Below are positions 8,066 through 16,958 of a stretch of 32,000 nt of DNA, in pieces. Position 1 is the stretch's first letter, and each line of letters opens with the position of its first letter. The notes below the pieces were generated by a model. It saw nothing but the letters and a program-made list of their open reading frames with translations. It was not told the origin of the DNA and searched no databases. Location: positions 960,001 to 992,000 of the forward strand of contig NZ_CP042905.2 in assembly GCF_008000775.2 (NCBI RefSeq), read 5' to 3'. This DNA comes from Promethearchaeum syntrophicum (GTDB lineage: Archaea; Asgardarchaeota; Lokiarchaeia; Sigyniarchaeales; Promethearchaeaceae). The position numbers and the translations under genes were made by a program.

Positions 8066-11000
8066 TCAGTAACGAACTATTTTTTCTATTTCTTTTACGA
8101 TTTTCTCATCTAAACCATATAATTCATATACCAAATTATCAATGGTTCTATAATTCTTTGATATTTGGTTTTTAAAATCCCTTAACTCTTTGAAATATGA
8201 TATAATGTTTTCAAAAATATCTTTCTTCTCAATATTTAATTTCTGTTTTTTTAGAATATTAAAGAAATTATCTTTTGATTCCTGTTCGATTTCTAAATTC
8301 AATGTTTTATGTATTTTGAAATAAATATCTGAGATTGAAATTGAATATTGAAGAGAAAGATAGTCCATGAAATTATTATATTTAATGGAAAATTTGTTCC
8401 CAAATTCAATTGTTTCAATACTTAATTTTTCAATCATTTCTACTTTTGATTTATTGTTTTCAGTAATTATAGGAATTAACATATCTTTAAGATCATTAGA
8501 ATTTAATTTTGGAAAGTTCTTTTTTATTGCGTTTGCATGTTTTTTTAAATGAGTATATGTAAAGAACTTTGAATTAATTAAACTCAGTAATAATTCTAAG
8601 GAATATTCATCCTCAATTTGATTTATAACTGCACATGTATTTTTAACAATAATTTCTTCCTCGGTTATTGTTGCTAAAATTGTTTTATTAACAATCTGTT
8701 GAATAATTATTTTCTTTTGATTGAATATCGTCAGATTTCTTGGTTCTGCTAAATGTCTTCCATAGTTAATAAAGGAATCATTATTTCCACTTTTCCATAT
8801 ATTATAATATTTTGATATATTCTTTCCAGAATAAAATTTATTAGTATGTTCATGAGTTTGTAAATTGCTCAAATAAACATTTTCATCTTTGTCTCTTTGA
8901 ATTTGGGATGATTCTGCATTAAAATAAGATATTCCCTTTCCTTTTTGGTAAACCTTGACGCCAAATATTGTAAAGTATTTCTCTTTTAGTTTTAATGTAT
9001 TTTTTTCCAGAAATTCCAAAGAATTTATTCTAAATCTAAATTTTTCATCAAGTTTTTCAATTGGTAATTGATTAAATTCATCCTTCTCTAGCTCAAAAAC
9101 ATTTAATTCTGATCGAGGGATTAATTTTAAATCTTTTAGTTCTATGATTTCTGAGCTATTTATTGTATTCGGGAAAGTAATTATGGCTGAAGGATAATCC
9201 ACATCTTCAAAAACATTATCTCCTAAATCAATTACTTTTAGTTTTTTGGAAAAATGTAATAATTCTCTTCTTACATCAAAATAATCTGGCATTTCTATTA
9301 TTCCATTGGGTACGATATAACCAAAAGCTCCATTAGGTGAAAGTAATGATAAAGCTTTTTTTATAAACATTTTAAAGGAATTTACAACTCGGAAACATAC
9401 ATCCTCGTATTCTTTCTTTAAAAATTTCAATGAATCTGCATTAAATTCAGCACCCCAAGGAGGATTACCAATTATTATATCAAATTTCTTTTTTGGAAGA
9501 ATATTTGGATAATTCTCTTCCCAATTAAATGCAGAAGTTTTATCAATGGAACTATCATTGATTAAAGAATTTCCACATTTAATTATGTTTGATAAATTCA
9601 TTAATTTTTCATTACGTTGTAGAATCTTAAAGAATATTGACAATTTAGTTAGTTCTACAGATTCTTCATTAATATCAACACCAAAAATATTATTTTTAAT
9701 AATAGGAATAGCTTCTTTAATTTCTTGAAATTTTTCAAGTTTAAAATAAGTTGGAACTTTCTTATCTTTCGATTTAATCTTTTTATTTTTATTTTTAGTT
9801 ATATATTTACCTTGCATTTCTTTGAAATCCATTATTTCTCTTTTTATATCTAATAGAATATCGACTGTTTTAATTAAAAATGCGCCTGAACCACAAGAAA
9901 GATCTAAAATTTTGACATTTAGTAATTTTTCATCTAATTCTTCTATGTTTTCTTCATATTCAGCAATTAGATTTGGTATTGATGGAATTCCCCCCTTTTT
10001 AGATAAAAATGGAATAATTGTATTTCTACATAAATATTCTGTGATAAATTCAGGAGTGTAAAAAATACCTTCCTTTTTACGAATCTTTATATCATCCCCT
10101 TTCAATTTCTCAATATCTGAAATAGATTGTTCAAATATATGTCCTAAAATTAGTATACTTATTTCACTCGTAAAATCAAACCTACCCATGAGAATTATAT
10201 TTAGGATTAATTCATTAAGCTCTCCACTGAAAATTTTAATAATTTCTTGTAAATATTCATTTATATCTTGTCTCTCCCTCAATTTAGAATTTAGATAAAT
10301 TTCTTTGTAATAATTCTTTCTTCTTAGGTCTCTAAACGAAATTTCTGGAGGAAAATCTTCTTCAAATAACCCACCATTGAAACCAAAAATTTTTATTGGA
10401 GATTCACTGCCTGAATTAAATTTATTAAATAAAACATTAATTCCTTGATATACAAATGTAGATTTCTCATTAATAACTAATGGGTTTTTAAGAATCGGTA
10501 ATATTGAGTTTTCAAGAATATTTTTACTTATTTTATTTGTACTCTCTGCAAAATATATAAATAATATTCTGTTAAGGAAAATTTGTGCGTATTTTATTGA
10601 AAGGTTTACACCTAAACCTGAAAATTGAAATTCCTTTATCAGCATCAATCGAGTTTCATGATATATTTTGTAGAATTCAGAAGAAAATGATTTTTCCTCT
10701 TTATCAGATTCTAAATAGAGTGTTTCTAAGAATTTTTCATCAATAATCCGTCTTTTAGAAAAAATTCCAATGAATTCTTTGATTTTTGATTCATCTTTCA
10801 GAATGTCTCTAAATTTAAATTGGTAATAACGCTGATTACCTTTAGTATAATCTAACAATATAAATACATCATAATTAGTACATACACCATAAGGTATTGG
10901 ATATTCGCTCATTTTAGTCCATGTTTGGGAAACTGGAGTCTCATAACCTATTTTTTTACGATATTGTTTTCCAAATAAATCCTTTTGTTTGAGCCCTTTA

Positions 11001-11281
11001 CATTCGAAATAAACGGCTATTTTATCTTTATTAGGGTTTAATATAGGAAACTCCATATTTCCTCTTTCATGTTGCAAGTATTCTATTCCTATTTCATAAT
11101 CCAAAATATCATGTAAAATTGTGTTAGCAAATTCAATATAGGCTTTTTTCTCGTCTTTTAATTGCCCCGTGTCTAATAGATTCAACCATCTGCTAATAGC
11201 TTCTTTTTGAACTTTATTTACTTCTACATTTTCACATAAACGCTTAATAGTGGTTTCTTTGAATAATGCACCATTTACCAT
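8066..11281 (-). CDS. Type IIG-like restriction endonuclease / N6-adenine DNA methyltransferase, 1071 aa
   Basis: MTase motif I LDLSCGSGAFLI, motif IV DIIIGNPPWG, a candidate N-terminal nuclease region (IAVYFECKG), and a C-terminal specificity-like region (KNTCAVINQIEDEYSLELLLSLINSKFFTYTH). Confidence 0.9.
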   Translation of the reverse strand: MVNGALFKETTIKRLCENVEVNKVQKEAISRWLNLLDTGQLKDEKKAYIEFANTILHDILDYEIGIEYLQHERGNMEFPILNPNKDKIAVYFECKGLKQKDLFGKQYRKKIGYETPVSQTWTKMSEYPIPYGVCTNYDVFILLDYTKGNQRYYQFKFRDILKDESKIKEFIGIFSKRRIIDEKFLETLYLESDKEEKSFSSEFYKIYHETRLMLIKEFQFSGLGVNLSIKYAQIFLNRILFIYFAESTNKISKNILENSILPILKNPLVINEKSTFVYQGINVLFNKFNSGSESPIKIFGFNGGLFEEDFPPEISFRDLRRKNYYKEIYLNSKLRERQDINEYLQEIIKIFSGELNELILNIILMGRFDFTSEISILILGHIFEQSISDIEKLKGDDIKIRKKEGIFYTPEFITEYLCRNTIIPFLSKKGGIPSIPNLIAEYEENIEELDEKLLNVKILDLSCGSGAFLIKTVDILLDIKREIMDFKEMQGKYITKNKNKKIKSKDKKVPTYFKLEKFQEIKEAIPIIKNNIFGVDINEESVELTKLSIFFKILQRNEKLMNLSNIIKCGNSLINDSSIDKTSAFNWEENYPNILPKKKFDIIIGNPPWGAEFNADSLKFLKKEYEDVCFRVVNSFKMFIKKALSLLSPNGAFGYIVPNGIIEMPDYFDVRRELLHFSKKLKVIDLGDNVFEDVDYPSAIITFPNTINSSEIIELKDLKLIPRSELNVFELEKDEFNQLPIEKLDEKFRFRINSLEFLEKNTLKLKEKYFTIFGVKVYQKGKGISYFNAESSQIQRDKDENVYLSNLQTHEHTNKFYSGKNISKYYNIWKSGNNDSFINYGRHLAEPRNLTIFNQKKIIIQQIVNKTILATITEEEIIVKNTCAVINQIEDEYSLELLLSLINSKFFTYTHLKKHANAIKKNFPKLNSNDLKDMLIPIITENNKSKVEMIEKLSIETIEFGNKFSIKYNNFMDYLSLQYSISISDIYFKIHKTLNLEIEQESKDNFFNILKKQKLNIEKKDIFENIISYFKELRDFKNQISKNYRTIDNLVYELYGLDEKIVKEIEKIVRY

Positions 11282-11439
11282 AATTACAATATTGAATGAT
11301 CCTAATAAAAAATCTCTATTAATGACATAATTACTTTCAGTTATTTAATTCAAAATTCTAAAAATTATTTTATTAAAGTCTGGTATTCTTCTTCTTCTTT
11401 TTTTTTTTTTTTATTTTCCATTTTTAAAAATGTTAAAAA

Positions 11440-11763
11440 TTAGGAAAGTATTTCTTGTTTTCTTTTCTCTAATTCTTGGATAATCACATTAATAGCATTC
11501 AACTCAGTCCCACGAACAGATTTACCTTTTAATAATTCTGCAGTTCCTCTGTACCATGATGTCATTGGTTCAAATTTTGATTTACCATCTTGAATTGGTT
11601 TTTTTACATCTTGTTTTTTTACAACTTTATTCTCAGGAGTAATTTTTCTCTTAGGTTCTGATTTTGGAATATCTATTGTTTTTTCATCCAATAAATCTCC
11701 CATATTAAATTTGGCCATTTGATTTAACCTCCTCGAATAAAAATTTGATTCTTTCTTTTTCAT
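11440..11763 (-). CDS. Hypothetical protein, 107 aa
   Basis: Basic/low-complexity N-terminus followed by a conserved-looking C-terminus (MTSWYRGTAELLKGKSVRGTELNAINVIIQELEKRKQEIL). Confidence 0.55.
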   Translation of the reverse strand: MKKKESNFYSRRLNQMAKFNMGDLLDEKTIDIPKSEPKRKITPENKVVKKQDVKKPIQDGKSKFEPMTSWYRGTAELLKGKSVRGTELNAINVIIQELEKRKQEILS

Positions 11764-12013
11764 TTGGTTCTAAATCGACTTCAACACCTAATTTCGCAAA
11801 TGGAACTATAAATTTCTTTAAAATATTATTATCCAAAATCCTATTTTCAATCATTTCTTTACGTAATTCCACTAATTTCTTTCGACTTATTCCAGAATCA
11901 AATTTAATATTCTTTTTAATTTGCGCAACAATATTGTCGAAGGTTAAGCCCTCGGCTAATAATTTTCGTGCTAAATTATTTTTTTTTTCATTTTTTGCCT
12001 TCATAATTTTCAC
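11705..12013 (-). CDS. Hypothetical protein, 102 aa, possibly DNA-binding
   Basis: Overlaps the next ORF; helical composition; sits directly downstream of an iteron-like array. Confidence 0.55.
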   Translation of the reverse strand: MKIMKAKNEKKNNLARKLLAEGLTFDNIVAQIKKNIKFDSGISRKKLVELRKEMIENRILDNNILKKFIVPFAKLGVEVDLEPNEKERIKFLFEEVKSNGQI

Positions 12014-12022
12014 TTAATTGAC

Positions 12023-12100
12023 ATAAGAAACTATTAGTATTTAAATAATTCTCATAAGAAACTATTAGTATCTAAAAACTTTATAAGAAACTAATAGTAT
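12023..12100. repeat. Three direct repeats of ATAAGAAACTA(T/A)TAGTAT (12023-12040, 12054-12071, 12083-12100)
   Basis: Read directly: two identical 18-mers and a third with one substitution; start-to-start spacing 31 and 29 bp. Confidence 0.9.
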
Positions 12101-12294
12101 TTAATAATAAAATAGAAGGATTATAAATATATACAAATATTTCTAAAATTAATTTTAAGAATAAGTTTCACTATAAAATTAGTATTTTTATTGATATAAA
12201 GAATTGAGAGTATTAAATTAATAATAGAAAAAATCAAAAAAAATATTTTTTTTGGTTAAATATATAGAAGATAAAATATTCCCGAAGAGTGGAA

Positions 12295-12357
12295 AATAGT
12301 TTTTTACCAAAATCGGTTTAAGTACATTAATATAACCAATATAGGTAAAAAACTATT
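12295..12357. promoter_or_regulatory. Inverted repeat: AATAGTTTTTTACC (12295-12308) / GGTAAAAAACTATT (12344-12357)
   Basis: Perfect 14-bp arms with a 35-nt spacer, which itself contains a weaker ATCGGTTT / AACCAAT inner pairing. Confidence 0.8.
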
Positions 12358-12485
12358 ATCATGGGAACAGAATGAGTTTCAAAAATATTATTTAAAGAAA
12401 GAGACTTTTTTGATTAGTAGAATTTAAGAGATTAAATTAAACATTAAATTATTTGTTATTTGAAGGTTTTTGAGAATTCAAAAAA

Positions 12486-14465
12486 TTAAGTTAAATCTGC
12501 TAAATTGTCTACTACTTTGTAGTATGATTTAGGTCTACTTGCTTTCTTAACTAAAGGTTTTTTCTTGATTTTTTCTACAATACCTTCTTTGATTAAGTTA
12601 TTAAGGATAGAATAAATTTGTTTTATTGTAGAAATTTTTCTAATTTCACAACTATTGTAAATTTCTAAACATTCTTCTACACTCCCCAATCCTTTATCTT
12701 TTAATTTTTTGATAAACTTATTGTATTTTTCTTCAGGTATACAATTGAAATTATGAATTTGACTTTCTGGAAATTTAGAATTTTTTACATCAAAATTACT
12801 CATAATATATAATATTTTTTCAAAAGGATGGTGTAGAGTTCTTAGTCTTTCACCCATTTGTAGTGATTGAATTGGACCATAAAGTTCTGTTAATATCTCT
12901 AAAGGAATATTCAAGCATCTACTTATTAATTTACGAATATTAACAGGATACTGACAAGAACCAAATTGAATACCAACATCAAAATCCTTAAATTTATTTT
13001 TACCATCAGTATTGTAAAAGTGCTCAAACTCTACTTGTATATTATATTTTTTAATAAATTCTTTTAAGTCGAATTTTAGTTGATTTTTTATTCTCTTGAA
13101 TGCTGTTATGAAAATTTTTTCGTTTTTATGTTTTAAAAGAATCTGTTTTAACTTCTTTAACAAATTATAATATTTAGAAGTAAATTGGTTAGTTTTTGTA
13201 CTGATTAGAGTATATTTTGCGTAATTTCCAGATGTGAGTTTATTTACACGTTTGAATTGTGGTATTATATTAGGATCATATATGATATCTACCTTATCTT
13301 TAAATTCAGGCATAATTTCATAAAACATTTCTTCTGACATCCCAGAGGCTGGGATTGTTGTATGATTGCTTTTTTCTATTATCTCAACAACATTTTTACG
13401 TGTGTTTTTCAAATAGTTAAATAATAGATTTTTATCAATATCTATCCTATCTTTTAGAGGAATATCATTTTCTTTAATATTGTAAACATCAATAAAAATT
13501 TTAAAAAGATTAGGAAATTGATTATATTCTAATTTTATTTTATTATGTTTATTTTCTATTATACAACTTTTAAAATAATCACTCCATTCTTCAATTTCTT
13601 TTAAAGTATAGATCTTAGTTAGGTTTTCAAGTAGTTCTATTATTTTATTTTTCTTTTTACGAATAGAGTAGATCTTCTTATCTTTATTTATTATACACTT
13701 CAAAATTTCTTTCAACAATAACCATATTTCTTCTTGATCTGGATTATTATATTCAAAGAAAACCTTGTCTACTAATTTTATATAATCCTTTATTTTCAAA
13801 GACTTAGGAAAACTTATTAACTCAAACAACAAACCCATAAATCCTTCATCGAAAACAAGATCCATATCTTTGTGTTTTTCAACTAAATCACCTGGAAAAT
13901 TCGTATTAAGATAGGAAATATTTAGAAAAATTTCCTTTCCGAAACCAATTTCGTCTGTTTGAGATGCTATATTTTTCAAATCCATATATAAACAACCATT
14001 ACTTCTAAATTCACAAATATCTCTACAATATGTTTTTGTTAAATATCCTTTTCTAACCATGTTAAGAAAATCCTTGTCTTTACAACATTTATTACAAGTA
14101 TAATTTTGTTTTATTTTTTCTTTTATATCTTGAACAAATAAAATATGACTAATAATGTCTTTTTGTGATTCTGTTAAAGGATATGTTCTTGAAGTTAGAA
14201 ACGAAAACTCTTTATCTTTGTTTTTTACATCTTGAATAATCTCAGACTCTATTTCATGATTTTGAGTAAAAATTATCACAGTCTTATCATTTTCAGAATA
14301 ATATTTTACTATTGTATAGGTTTTTCCAGATCCTTGTGTATCTCGAAGCAATGTAATTCGTTTATCTGTATTCTCTAATCTATATTCAATTTTTCCTGAA
14401 TGATAGTTTAGAAAATCAAGAATTTTAAAATCATTAGAAACTGATATTGTATTTTCTAACGACAT
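12486..14465 (-). CDS. P-loop helicase-like protein with cysteine cluster and C-terminal winged-helix-like region, 659 aa
   Basis: Walker A-like RDTQGSGKTYT; Walker B-like DLVFDEG; QSLQMGERLRTLHHP resembling helicase motif VI; cysteine cluster CNKCC-x18-C-x3-C-x6-C; C-terminal ISTIKQIYSILNNLIKEGIVEKI resembles a winged helix. Confidence 0.75.
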   Translation of the reverse strand: MSLENTISVSNDFKILDFLNYHSGKIEYRLENTDKRITLLRDTQGSGKTYTIVKYYSENDKTVIIFTQNHEIESEIIQDVKNKDKEFSFLTSRTYPLTESQKDIISHILFVQDIKEKIKQNYTCNKCCKDKDFLNMVRKGYLTKTYCRDICEFRSNGCLYMDLKNIASQTDEIGFGKEIFLNISYLNTNFPGDLVEKHKDMDLVFDEGFMGLLFELISFPKSLKIKDYIKLVDKVFFEYNNPDQEEIWLLLKEILKCIINKDKKIYSIRKKKNKIIELLENLTKIYTLKEIEEWSDYFKSCIIENKHNKIKLEYNQFPNLFKIFIDVYNIKENDIPLKDRIDIDKNLLFNYLKNTRKNVVEIIEKSNHTTIPASGMSEEMFYEIMPEFKDKVDIIYDPNIIPQFKRVNKLTSGNYAKYTLISTKTNQFTSKYYNLLKKLKQILLKHKNEKIFITAFKRIKNQLKFDLKEFIKKYNIQVEFEHFYNTDGKNKFKDFDVGIQFGSCQYPVNIRKLISRCLNIPLEILTELYGPIQSLQMGERLRTLHHPFEKILYIMSNFDVKNSKFPESQIHNFNCIPEEKYNKFIKKLKDKGLGSVEECLEIYNSCEIRKISTIKQIYSILNNLIKEGIVEKIKKKPLVKKASRPKSYYKVVDNLADLT

Positions 14466-15017
14466 TTTTTACTCAACCTATTTTCTGCCATATATCTCGT
14501 ATATTTTTTAAATATTTAAAACTTTGTATGGAAATTTGCCAGAATAGGGTTTTTGGTTGATATATTTAAAGATATACCATTTAAACCATAAATATTTATA
14601 TATCCTCAAATACCATACACTTAAAAGTCTCAAATTTGTATTATATATGTGGATAAGAAAGAAATATCTGATAAAGTATTGATAAAACTCACCTGTTGCT
14701 GCCATGCTTCGATGTTTTTTATTTTAGTCAATTCTTAAAAAATATTTCTTTTTCTTATCCACGTTTTTTTCTCTATTTTCAGATAAGACATTTTACCAAA
14801 ACCATTACCTTTACAAAGCAAATTTTAACATTTTACAAATATCGTAAAATCTACTTAATTTACATAAAAAATTCAAAACTCATTTTTCCTATTCAAATGC
14901 TACAAAAATGATTTTTTCCTATATTAAATCGTATTTCCCACAAGATTTTTACTAATCCATATAATAAATTTTATGCTTATTGAAAAATATTAAAAATTAA
15001 TTTGGAAAATTGTTCAT

Positions 15018-15599
15018 TTGAGTAATTTAACCCATAGTATTAAATCCTCAAATTTATTTTATATATATAACGAAGTAATTCAAAATGGAGTGTTAAAAAT
15101 AATGATATTAAGGTCTAAAAGATATAGAAATGCTGAACTACTAAGTTCCTTCAATTTAAGTACAACATATAGAATACTAAGACATAAAATGAATGATATT
15201 CCTCCACTACATACTTGTAATTATCCAACAATTAATTGTAAAAATCGATTAGAAAATGGTTTATGTAGAAATTTACAGTGTTGTTATGAAATAGATCGTT
15301 GTTGGGATAACATTCCAATCAAAAGTAGAGGGTTTATCGCATGTAGTGTGATGGATATAAATATAAATAAGGTTAAAGAAGTAAAAATGATAAAGAAGAA
15401 GAAAAGAAAAAAAAGGTCTAAAAAGAAACTTGAAAGCAGTATTGTTGTAAAGAAAGGTAAACACAAATGCGAATATTGTGATAAAATGACCCATAGACAA
15501 ATCATCCACTCAAACAGATTTCAAAATAAAATATATTTTTTTTGTTCGATGAAATGTAAAGAAAATTGGATCTATAAAATACACGAAAAGGTGAAATAA
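15018..15599 (+). CDS. Cysteine-rich protein with C-terminal TRASH-like zinc-binding motif (start uncertain)
   Basis: HKCEYCDKMTHRQIIHSNRFQNKIYFFCSMKCKENW, plus an N-terminal cluster CNYPTINCKNRLENGLCRNLQCCYEIDRCW. Confidence 0.65.
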   Translation: MSNLTHSIKSSNLFYIYNEVIQNGVLKIMILRSKRYRNAELLSSFNLSTTYRILRHKMNDIPPLHTCNYPTINCKNRLENGLCRNLQCCYEIDRCWDNIPIKSRGFIACSVMDININKVKEVKMIKKKKRKKRSKKKLESSIVVKKGKHKCEYCDKMTHRQIIHSNRFQNKIYFFCSMKCKENWIYKIHEKVK

Positions 15600-15603
15600 A
15601 GAA

Positions 15604-16476
15604 ATGGAAATAACAAAATCAGACATTCAGATGGGTTTGGAGAAGTATTTGAAAGAATCTAATAATCCAGATAAGTTGTTAAATGCGGAAATATATGAGA
15701 AAAAAATAATCAATCAACAAATGACAAATCAAGAAATTATGAAATTTTATCGCAATTTTGATAAAGTTATTTCTCCTTATGATATTGATATGGCAATAAA
15801 ATCTATTAATGATTTTATCAATCACAATATAAATCCAAAAGAAATTGTGTTCAAATATGATATCCCTGCAATTTTTGAATATTATAAAAAATCTTCTAAA
15901 CACCAAGATATTTTGAAAAGATTAAAAAAATATGACAAAATATTCAATGGAGATATGACAGTCCAGAAAATTATTGAATATTATCCAGACCTTCATTCTC
16001 GGTATGATATTGATGTTATCAAAAAATCTCTTGATGGGTTTATTACTTATTCGATAGGAATTATGTATGAAGAATTTCGTTATAAAATTCTCAAAAAACA
16101 TTTCCCAAAGGTTATTTGGGGAAAAGGTGGAAAATCTGTTCCCGATTTTAAAATAACACAAAAAAATGGAGATGTTATTTTTGAATCTACGAAAATATTG
16201 GATTTTTCAAATAAAATAAAAATATTGTTTAAACACCATAACAGAGAAATTCAAAGTGCCAAAGAATACATGGACGAAACAGGCTTTGAGCCAAAAGTTC
16301 GTGTACACATTTTCAACAAGTACAATAATAAAATATATGTAGAGTATATCCCACAAGAGGTGATTGTGTCAGACATCACGTTGACGAATGAGAATTACCA
16401 TATCTTTAAAGTTGATGAGTTTTATGATGAACATTCGTTGAGGACATGGATAAAGAATTACAAACTATCATGTTAG
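15604..16476 (+). CDS. Hypothetical protein, 290 aa: duplicated N-terminal helical module plus possible PD-(D/E)XK-like nuclease C-terminus
   Basis: Repeat pair MTNQEIMKFYRNFDKVISPYDIDMAIKSINDFI / MTVQKIIEYYPDLHSRYDIDVIKKSLDGFI; C-terminal YEEFRYKILKKHFPKVIWGKGGKSVPDFKITQKNGDVIFESTK. Confidence 0.65.
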   Translation: MEITKSDIQMGLEKYLKESNNPDKLLNAEIYEKKIINQQMTNQEIMKFYRNFDKVISPYDIDMAIKSINDFINHNINPKEIVFKYDIPAIFEYYKKSSKHQDILKRLKKYDKIFNGDMTVQKIIEYYPDLHSRYDIDVIKKSLDGFITYSIGIMYEEFRYKILKKHFPKVIWGKGGKSVPDFKITQKNGDVIFESTKILDFSNKIKILFKHHNREIQSAKEYMDETGFEPKVRVHIFNKYNNKIYVEYIPQEVIVSDITLTNENYHIFKVDEFYDEHSLRTWIKNYKLSC

Positions 16477-16589
16477 AACATCTGAATTGTCGCCCATTTA
16501 AACCTAACACAGAATCACCAAATAGATTAAAAACTATTTAAATTTGAAAAAAAAGTGAAATGACCTCTTAAAATATGCTTTTGGATATT

Positions 16590-16700
16590 TTTAGAACGAA
16601 AATGTCCTTTTTTTATTATTTTTTTAACACAAAAACGTACCTATATTTAGAACGTTTTCGTACCTTTTTTTGAAAAGAAAAGGGACGTTTTTACACCTTT
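16590..16700. repeat. Cluster of related short elements (AAAAyGTaCC-T-run type) in the non-coding region
   Basis: aaaatgtcctttttt, aaaaacgtaccta, ttttcgtacctttttt, and inverted aaagggacgtttttac; two are preceded by TTTAGAACG. Confidence 0.6.
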
Positions 16701-16900
16701 TATAATATGAAATAATTTTGAGAATTTATCAATTTGTTAGAATTAATCTATTTTTATATATCGAATTACAGATGTTTTTGAAGGCGATAGTCGAACAAAT
16801 GTTTTCAATAAAGATAATAACCTATTTGAAGAAAAAAGTATAGTAGACCCACAAAACTACTGTTTTTTTGGTATAAATCATTAAAAAACAATATATTTAT

Positions 16901-16921
16901 CGTAATACGTTTCGTAATACG
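16901..16921. repeat. Two copies of CGTAATACG (16901-16909, 16913-16921), inverted relative to the left-end array
   Basis: Direct reading: CGTAATACGtttCGTAATACG; the left array read on the minus strand contains CGTAATACGttCGTAATACG. Confidence 0.9.
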
Positions 16922-16958
16922 GAACTTTTCTTAAAGAACAGACAAAAATAGGAAAAAA

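Noticed and set aside
8367-10061. ORFs 8367..8552, 9546..9728 and 9822..10061 (+)
   Set aside because: Antisense to the Type IIG-like gene; serine/isoleucine/phenylalanine-rich shadow translations.
14508-14911. ORFs 14508..14705 (-) and 14696..14911 (+)
   Set aside because: AT-rich intergenic translations rich in F/Y/K/I with no recognisable protein character.
15273-16161. Antisense ORFs 15273..15509, 15284..15505, 15679..15906, 15922..16161 (-)
   Set aside because: Shadow frames opposite the cysteine-rich and nuclease-like genes; hydrophobic low-complexity sequence.
16842-16869. AGTAG...CTACT hairpin followed by T-run as a novel element
   Set aside because: A 5-bp stem with a T-tract is adequately explained as a plus-strand terminator.
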